A DNA stretch of 64,000 bases, from positions 1 to 64,000 of the IMG/VR virus record IMGVR_UViG_3300024336_000001, one strand, 5' to 3'. The position numbers and the translations under genes were made by a program. Each line of letters begins with the position of its first letter. Position 1 is the stretch's first letter. Below are positions 58,801-64,000 of the stretch, piece by piece. The DNA is from a virus. The notes under the pieces are model-generated. The model worked only from the letters and a program-made list of their open reading frames with translations, searched no databases and had not been told where the DNA came from.

Positions 58801-61800
58801 ATCTCCAAGCCCAAATTATTTCTGGCCGCCTCTGCGCTACTTGCGCCTGTGCCACCATTAACAATTTCAAGGTCTGCTCCACTCCAGTTATTATTGTTAA
58901 TTGTATTTAATGTAGACAGGCTTCCAAAGCCCGCCTCAGTTCTTGTTTGATTAATCCATTTACTAGAGCCAAAATCATATGCAAGCAATTCATTGTCTGC
59001 CGGGGAAGAAATGACCGTATCATCTAAACCGGCTAAGGTTCCTGCTGGCAAGTCACCCCAAGCAACAACACCCAAGCCGTTCGTTTTTAAAACCTGTTCA
59101 TCAGAGCCATCAACTGAAGGTAAAACATATGCCCCTATTTTCACGGATCCATTTACGTGTAATTTTTCTGTTGGGGTATCTATTCCAATTCCTAGTCCGG
59201 TGCTGGTCAATTTCATTCTGGTGCTTGTAAGGCTCTGGTCAGTAAAATAAATATTGATTCCGCCTAAATAGATGTTGTTCGTGTCTGAATAAACAACCGC
59301 ACCTTTTCCGCTTGCAATTCCTAGCCGCACCTTATTTGCTCCTGAGCCAGCCATAACCCTAACAAAAGAATCCGCTGCGCTTGTATCGATATCTAATTTT
59401 TCACTTGGACCTGTTGTCCCAATCCCAACGTTCCCATCCCAGCTTACAGTTAATTGTTTTTGATTAGATGTCATTAAACTTAGATTCGTGGCATTTGCAT
59501 AAGCCGAAGCAGAATAAGCAACCATTCCTCCCATTTTGCTAGACTCTCCTGCGGATCCCTCTGTTGCTAGTTTCAATAAGAAACCAAGCTCTCTTGTGCC
59601 AGAACTACTGCTTGCGCCCCTGTGTCCGATTACAACTGCTTCTGAATATGCGCCTGTACTTGTCCCGGTTGATACCTCCATTTTTGGAGTAACCCCAGCA
59701 AACATACCCGCACTTCCGTTCATTGTCATTGGGTTACTTACACCAATCCCAACCTCTCCTGAACTTAATATTGTCATTCGCTCAACTAAATCAGCATAAA
59801 GATACGTGCCTGCGTTTTGTACCAAAAAGGCAAGGCGAGGGTTTAAAGGACTTGGATTGCTTGCCATTGTAATAAGCCTAAGTTCAGCCGAATACTCTGA
59901 TATTGAAGCTCCTGTGGTATTACTAATATTTATAGATGTGTATTCATTTTGAAGTATTGATTGGCTTTTTACCCGTAACCCAATAGTGTCTTTGTCTGTT
60001 GAAACATCAAGTTTATAATTTGGATTAGTGTCCATAATCCCGACATTGCCACCGCTTAATATTCTCATTGCCTCCAACGCAGTAGCCACATCATTCACAT
60101 AAAACCTTAAAGCATGACTCCCCTTTAACATCTCATTTGCCGGATTAAATATCATATACCTTGAGTTTGTTGTAGCCTCTATCTTTAGGTTAGGGTCGTT
60201 GGCTTTGATATGCAGTAAAGAATCTGGTGTCGATGTTCCAATGCCCATCTCTCCTGAGCTTAATATTGTCATCCGTTCTACAATGTCCGCATATTCGTGT
60301 GTATATTTATTTTGCAGCAAAAAAGCCAAGCGAGGATTAAAAAAATTAGGGCTAGACTCTGTGGTAATCAGCCTTAGCTCGCCTGAATATGACGAAGGGT
60401 TAGAGCTTGAATTGCTTATATTAATCGCCGTGTAATTTCCCGCTATTCCGCAGTTGTTTCTTATTCTAAACGCAATGGTGCTAGGCTCTGACATAATATC
60501 AAATAAATAATAAGGATCAGCCTTTATCCCAAATTTATTATCGACTCTCGTTTGATCGTAATTATGCTTAAGCCTATAGACAAAAGCTCCGCCGGAATTG
60601 GGCGTTGAGCCAATCTGAAACTCGGCTTTATTACTATCAATAGTCTCACTTTTTAATATAAGATTAGGGTTCCCGGTAGCCTGCATTTTAAAATCAATGA
60701 ATGGCGAACTTCCCCTTAATCTTAAGTTTCCCTCAACATCTACTTTTTGTTCTGGTGAAGTAACACCAACACCTAAAGTCCCATCTACAGTAAAACCGCT
60801 ACTATTAAGTTTTGCTCTTTTAATACCTCCTGTCCCAAAAACAATATTTTGGTTCATATCAGCATCAGTGCTATAACCAGACACATCTATATAAGATTGA
60901 TATACAGTATCCAACCCTCCGCCAGCAGAAAGACGTAAAAACCCATCATTTTGTGCTAATGAATTTTCTCTGTAGCCTCTAACTTCGCCATCAATAACGG
61001 TTGTACTTAAAGATGGCCGAGCCATTGCTTCTCCTGTAGAACCTGGTAAAGCAAGTGAATTTGTATAAATCTGTGGTATGGGCTGTGTTTCTTCTCCAAT
61101 TAAATTTCTAAAAAAGGGATCATCTTTTGCATTAAGAAATGATCTTTTGTCCGCAACATTCGTAATATTTGTTGCATCTGTTGTTGCCACACAAATAGGA
61201 TAACAACGGGTCAAAAAGCCAGTAGTGTTTGAAGCTAAGACCCCTGAACCATTGATAAAAACATATGAGGTGGACAACGCAGGCAAGGTTATCGTCTGGT
61301 CATTATGTGAATAAAAGTTGGAACCATAAATAACCCTGCCGTTGTTGACTGTAAGATTTAAAGTTGGCGGTGCAACTACTGATGGTCTGTAATCCTGCGA
61401 AGTAGTAAACGGCTCCGATGTAAAAGAAGCCCGCTCATATTCAATTTTGTATTCGTGTTCAGATACAAAAAAATTCTGTTTATTTTGTTGAGAAGAGGCA
61501 CTGTTAATGTGCTTAATTCCTTCTCCTTGAGGAATGCCCGTATTTTTAATGGTTATATATAAATATCCATTGTAGTAAATCCAAGCCCACTGCTCATTTA
61601 AAATTTCTGCCGAAGTTAATGAAAGCATATTAACCACCGAAGTTAGTGGTTGTATAAAATACAATCTAGGTGAAATTGTTGGAGCTACAGTTGTTTTGAT
61701 TCGAAGCCAATATTTTGTAACAATATTTACTGTGTCAGTTGTAAAATCGCCCGGCAATGTAAATCTAATGCGCCCGGAACGTGTAAAATTTTCAGTGTCA

Positions 61801-62396
61801 TCAACAAGCCCGGAAACGACTTCCCAGGTATCCCCGCCTTTAGAATATTCAATGCTAATATTTAACCCTAAACCAAGTGTTTCAAATTCAAGATCAAGCC
61901 CATTAAAAACAGCATCGCTTCCAATATAAAGAACATCATCTGTCTCGTCTCGCAAAACATCAAAAGGAGTTCCGAATTCACTGGCTGCCTCTGCTGTTTG
62001 ATCGTTATAAGTTGTCCCGTCATAATCTAAAATAGAGTCAAAAGATGTGGCCGCTTCACTTGTAGCTTCACCCCGGTTATCAAGTTCTTTATCGTCAAAA
62101 TAAAGATTATTAACAGTATTAACTTTAAAATCAGAAATCGGATATTTCCATATAGAATATCCGGCCTCTGCCTTCAGATGTGCCCAATTAGTAAACGTAG
62201 ACACATCATTGCCAAGCTTAATGTCACGTTTCCATTGCCGATCCAAACCCAGGTCCACAAAGATCTGATCCATTTCATTTTGATTGAATTTGGCCTCTTT
62301 GATCTTGCCGTCAAGCTTAAGGTCGTTATCAACCAAAGCTTTCACGGCCTGTTCTTGAGGTATCCTAGTATTAATTATTTGTATGTCTGAACTCAT
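52833..62396 (-). CDS. Very long modular tail fibre protein (3187 aa)
   Basis: More than 20 G(N/K/E)VGIGT..P..(K)L.V repeats separated by variable inserts. Confidence 0.85.
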   Translation of the reverse strand: MSSDIQIINTRIPQEQAVKALVDNDLKLDGKIKEAKFNQNEMDQIFVDLGLDRQWKRDIKLGNDVSTFTNWAHLKAEAGYSIWKYPISDFKVNTVNNLYFDDKELDNRGEATSEAATSFDSILDYDGTTYNDQTAEAASEFGTPFDVLRDETDDVLYIGSDAVFNGLDLEFETLGLGLNISIEYSKGGDTWEVVSGLVDDTENFTRSGRIRFTLPGDFTTDTVNIVTKYWLRIKTTVAPTISPRLYFIQPLTSVVNMLSLTSAEILNEQWAWIYYNGYLYITIKNTGIPQGEGIKHINSASSQQNKQNFFVSEHEYKIEYERASFTSEPFTTSQDYRPSVVAPPTLNLTVNNGRVIYGSNFYSHNDQTITLPALSTSYVFINGSGVLASNTTGFLTRCYPICVATTDATNITNVADKRSFLNAKDDPFFRNLIGEETQPIPQIYTNSLALPGSTGEAMARPSLSTTVIDGEVRGYRENSLAQNDGFLRLSAGGGLDTVYQSYIDVSGYSTDADMNQNIVFGTGGIKRAKLNSSGFTVDGTLGVGVTSPEQKVDVEGNLRLRGSSPFIDFKMQATGNPNLILKSETIDSNKAEFQIGSTPNSGGAFVYRLKHNYDQTRVDNKFGIKADPYYLFDIMSEPSTIAFRIRNNCGIAGNYTAINISNSSSNPSSYSGELRLITTESSPNFFNPRLAFLLQNKYTHEYADIVERMTILSSGEMGIGTSTPDSLLHIKANDPNLKIEATTNSRYMIFNPANEMLKGSHALRFYVNDVATALEAMRILSGGNVGIMDTNPNYKLDVSTDKDTIGLRVKSQSILQNEYTSINISNTTGASISEYSAELRLITMASNPSPLNPRLAFLVQNAGTYLYADLVERMTILSSGEVGIGVSNPMTMNGSAGMFAGVTPKMEVSTGTSTGAYSEAVVIGHRGASSSSGTRELGFLLKLATEGSAGESSKMGGMVAYSASAYANATNLSLMTSNQKQLTVSWDGNVGIGTTGPSEKLDIDTSAADSFVRVMAGSGANKVRLGIASGKGAVVYSDTNNIYLGGINIYFTDQSLTSTRMKLTSTGLGIGIDTPTEKLHVNGSVKIGAYVLPSVDGSDEQVLKTNGLGVVAWGDLPAGTLAGLDDTVISSPADNELLAYDFGSSKWINQTRTEAGFGSLSTLNTINNNNWSGADLEIVNGGTGASSAEAARNNLGLEIDVDIQSYDVGLASIADLVTDTDKMIYTTAYDTYAVTSLSSFARTLLDDANVSTARGTLGLGTAAIKDTGTGSGNIPVLNGSGKLENSVLPALAITETYVAANETAQLALTVQKGDVCVRTDEDQTYINSTGNNTAMSDWQSLLSPDDGVLSVSAGNGMDFSTITSSGSITMGTPSTCDTGSTNALTATSHTHQISGFLPLAGGTITSNNTIKFRDSAIHIGSLNDGYLDFTADTGFRFNTGKVGIAESNPTEKLDVSGNILCKTGRIMVKNEGYDQVHYMFIGGYSPTGATNRQVNIAQVYSGSGAKQFIFLNGTLGDATTYATQTVTSSYANVFGFEASESRFNILTQSSGVNLAPIRALTVDPTGKIGIGTTSPDEILEVFGDDKTVKLTQNPVVSGGATLRITAAGVGSDANAATIIFHSAGAIWGRTDSVLKIGSTDKASTWATFRTDGKVGIGIENPLDTFHVNYELRLSSNEDNDTQKFGAIIGSQYNSAAESEGYLGLFFDSNSVENHLFIGGGLNSYNTTKYIRFYTSDDRSVRTGTEKMRITGEGRVGIGTSIPSEALGVEGNIALSGGGTPTIKTVAGNLHLAPNAGAVSLYDGVSAIKLYLYDGATARIAFNPGGDSYVKSGNFGVGTSSINEKLTVEGAVSFDEMVTPPGVSAGYGKLYVKASDGFLYYKSSAGAETNLTTASNVWSVNGPKAYYNAGDVGIGVSDPQSLLHLSSSSSTYLFIESTDGGRDSFKLGVDGLGFILYNNDDARFDFVVDGDGNIGIGNTTPEALLHIGSAVNVGYNQGPLRIATEDGEACRILLIQNGQCAYTLGMDAGNDNFYLKNESKSEIPFMIDFSGDVGIGTGSPSTRLHIKDYFEYGEAVHDTINIDYSWSGGTTSNPSSMGGITWAGGYARINAYRLNPSTNNHTALDFWTYNHSAGLLKRMTIDEEGSVGIGTASPVVKLDVRGDIGFNYGSAIINPTAAYNKVIKTGWENNYDFLALYAPGNSASSATPKVYIRNNGNVGIGTTSPGHPLEVVGNIEADSITINGVPVGTSSDTYWSANGSEIYYNGGNVGLGTTNPDYELHVYKSTASSLRARAENINSAGLVYWGTLNDTGGGCNIGVAGTAHSTHTILTGRCFVSAQASTSGLVLATESAIPIIFSLNGLLTSNEAARITSDGKWGIGISSPSTIFHIKHADYSYLTLENTNSSTGVSGVEFYNSDSNKKMAWQLQANSDLALWRHDSTAWSRAVTIKNATGRVGIGTDQPTELLHVEVATDNQYPLYVHNGTTANGIIGIGIGNDAINWGMRINGASGDNFEIRNLTTGGVSKLAVTPTGEVGIGTSSPSTRLHIYGSYGDTSTLTIEGTHAEAYNASQINLFASATSPTSIGNRIHFSDKDGSPGMIGYYHFTGGTPVDYMVFHVNSAERIRIASDGNVGIGATNPGQKLEVAGAILSQTASPWVGVWSSGTGGRKYNMISTDSSWTIGGGFLSFYDSDAGEHRLTINSSGNTGIGLDDGDPLYKLDVKDTGDDKRIIWAHGTGNGGGFINLELGSDAERVSLGLATHTANHRIWLDDNADLRLKGSAPTSDTDGRKILSENSSGRVGIGTSSPSQLLELYKSNSTAGTVLLLHNMNTTNLDVYPCEIKFQSNMAGTVTAGIKAIPNTYSNTYDFQFYTPGDSHSTKFVIKNDGKVGIGTTAPAATNGLEISKYHATTQIVLGTEESAYKTTIENNYNSGNRFGINHSGIDVLRVGQSNELTITAGWNSTGHIIFKPGGAEAIRFTGDGQVGIGTTVIDTKCIIKDSSANLLVLSHSSTSDGAGPELRFHTTTSNYESDDDHLSAMIKGKRRDSGVSGDLSFYTRSSDAISEKMCLTQEGFLDLYQNDSRLSLYGRGNFTTKRIESASNNVWYTLKAFNGSRESGLVFANLSTNGHSAIIAYSYSGKGIYWNEAVLSSTGSSPFDLQYSGNYLDIRQTSGATDVLSVTVVSGSI

Positions 62397-62472
62397 ATTA
62401 ATCCCTCTTTACATAATCTTAGGTTAGTTTATTAAAAAAAACATTTTAGTATCTGCTAAAGAAAAACTAAGA

Positions 62473-62931
62473 TTAACTAAAGGTTTTATCCTTGATTTCT
62501 ATGTATCGTATCTTTTTTTCTTCTATCGCTTTTGCGATTTCCGGGTAGACTCTTTTGTACGCTCCGGTAGAACTTGAAATAAATCCATTTTGGACCGTAT
62601 TGTTGTTTGCTGAATCACCAAGAAGCAAGCACCCATCCGTGTTTCCTTTGTGGTTTCCTATGTGAATTAATATGTATTTAAAATTGGGAACTTTTTTTAT
62701 GTGCAACATCCCTTTATGAAAATCAGGAAACTTTTTTTTGTATCTATTATGAAGTTTTCCTGCTTTTCTAAGCCCTAACTGGTATTTGCCTTCCGGGATC
62801 CTGGTTTTCCCGGCCACCTTTTCCTTTCTAAAAGTATCTTCTAGTGTGTAACACATAAATTCCTCATTAAGAAAAAGCAACCCTAGTGTGCTTTCCCCAT
62901 TATCTGAATACCTAATTAATTTTAATGACAT
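62473..62931 (-). CDS. DUF5675-family protein (L,D-transpeptidase-like; possible lysin)
   Basis: STLG.L...CYTLED...IPEGKY...ILIHIGN...TDGCLLLG. Confidence 0.8.
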   Translation of the reverse strand: MSLKLIRYSDNGESTLGLLFLNEEFMCYTLEDTFRKEKVAGKTRIPEGKYQLGLRKAGKLHNRYKKKFPDFHKGMLHIKKVPNFKYILIHIGNHKGNTDGCLLLGDSANNNTVQNGFISSSTGAYKRVYPEIAKAIEEKKIRYIEIKDKTFS

Positions 62932-62943
62932 TTGTTTTCCTCC

Positions 62944-64000
62944 TTATATATCGTTTAATCCTGTTGTTCCGGCACTTATCGTTCCTAAAGAATCCGAGCC
63001 ATAACAGGAATTACATAAAACAGTCCCGTTAGTAACATTAACGCCTATTGCGTACCCTGTTCCTGATCCGGGATTTGTGACCTTTATTCGATTGCTGTTT
63101 ACACAAAGTCCTTTTGAGCTTGTAACCCAGTTTTCGTTATAAATCCCATAAGAATTTGAAGAGCTACTTACATTAATCTGAATTGTGTTGCCGACTATTG
63201 CGTTATTTCCGTAGTTATCAATCCCCCAGTTAGAGGTTGATCCCCTTAGCTCTCTAATGACATTGCCTGTAATTGTCGCTTCATCAGTTCTCGCATCAAT
63301 CCCGATTACCGACCCCGACCTTGCTAAATCCGTAATAAGATTCCCCTGAACCACTGCTCCATCATCCAAAATACTAATCCCCACGCCACCAGTATTGTTA
63401 TGGATGTTATTGTTTGAAATTACTGCGCCTTCTTCATAGTAGTCATAGCTGTTTGTGACCATATTGCAATGGATTCCAGTACCAACAGTACAATCAGTAA
63501 TTACGTTACTGGAAATAATGACTGAATTTGTATATGAGTCTCCGCCACCATCGATGTATATACCAATACTCAAAGAGCAACCTTTTATAATATTTCCAGT
63601 AATAGACCCTCCTCTCGAATCTTCAATATAGATTCCGTAATCACCGCTTCCATCCCAAATATGATTGTTAGAAATAACATAATTACCCTGAGCATTTTTC
63701 AAATGAATAGCGGAAGAATTTGAAGATCGTAGTTTGTTATTAACAATCGTTGTTCTATATGATGATGTATTGCAGTAGACCCCATAATCACAGTTTTCAA
63801 AATTATTGCCGTCAATAACAGCATGCACGTCATAACCTTCGGTTTGAACCCCTACATCTAGGTTCTCAAAACGACAATCTTTTATGCTTGAAAACTGATA
63901 AACCCCTGTCCCTGCCCCACCTGTTCTCGCAAAGAAAACACAGTCCCGTACAATCCCGTTGTCCTGGATAAACCCACCGTCTCCCTGAAGCCCAACAGAT
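62944..64000 (-). CDS. Right-handed beta-helix protein (tailspike/depolymerase-like), starts beyond the right edge
   Basis: Repeating I.GN.I / I.NN motifs; frame is open from 63999, upstream of the track start. Confidence 0.8.
   Translation of the reverse strand, partial: SVGLQGDGGFIQDNGIVRDCVFFARTGGAGTGVYQFSSIKDCRFENLDVGVQTEGYDVHAVIDGNNFENCDYGVYCNTSSYRTTIVNNKLRSSNSSAIHLKNAQGNYVISNNHIWDGSGDYGIYIEDSRGGSITGNIIKGCSLSIGIYIDGGGDSYTNSVIISSNVITDCTVGTGIHCNMVTNSYDYYEEGAVISNNNIHNNTGGVGISILDDGAVVQGNLITDLARSGSVIGIDARTDEATITGNVIRELRGSTSNWGIDNYGNNAIVGNTIQINVSSSSNSYGIYNENWVTSSKGLCVNSNRIKVTNPGSGTGYAIGVNVTNGTVLCNSCYGSDSLGTISAGTTGLNDI

Noticed and set aside
52833-62396. Diversity-generating retroelement or invertible shufflon acting on the tail fibre
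   Set aside because: No reverse transcriptase, template repeat or inverted cassettes were seen in the window.
1-64000. Alternative genetic code, and the many short antisense ORFs nested in long genes
   Set aside because: Long genes are intact under code 11; the nested antisense ORFs look like shadows of real genes.

Overview
This AT-rich window looks like most of a large (>64 kb, probably circular) tailed temperate phage that also carries plasmid maintenance genes, i.e. a likely phage-plasmid. No host housekeeping genes are visible. From left to right: (1-6 kb, minus) end of a virion/packaging operon with portal, TerL and probable TerS; (6-9 kb) accessory ORFs and a tRNA-Glu; (9.5-13 kb, minus) HTH replication initiator with internal repeats, parB, parA, a MerR-type HTH and two parS-like palindromes; (13-17 kb) small regulators and an XRE repressor; (17.3-18.8 kb) a non-coding hub with a mirror-symmetric, helically phased 13-bp repeat array and a symmetric dif/lox-like site; (19-20 kb) an ORF6N antirepressor-like gene; (20.1-27.2 kb, plus) a strong promoter, a structured boxA-containing leader and about 20 small early ORFs; (27.6-28.6 kb) a second, paralogous repressor with three operators; (30-36 kb) a PLP alpha-oxoamine synthase coupled to a histidine kinase with two tandem 7TM sensor modules, plus a response regulator, bracketed by a shared palindrome; (36-38 kb) HU, HTH and a tyrosine recombinase; (39-50 kb, plus) lytic replication genes (SNF2 helicase, TOPRIM primase fused to an MCM-like helicase, RecU-like resolvase, PIF1); (51.5-64 kb, minus) holin-like genes, a 3187-aa tail fibre, a DUF5675-like protein and a beta-helix tailspike. 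The best candidate for an undescribed system is the 30-36 kb cassette: a possible phage-encoded small-molecule communication system (aminoketone/hydroxyketone signal). All family assignments come from motifs read by eye; no searches were run.
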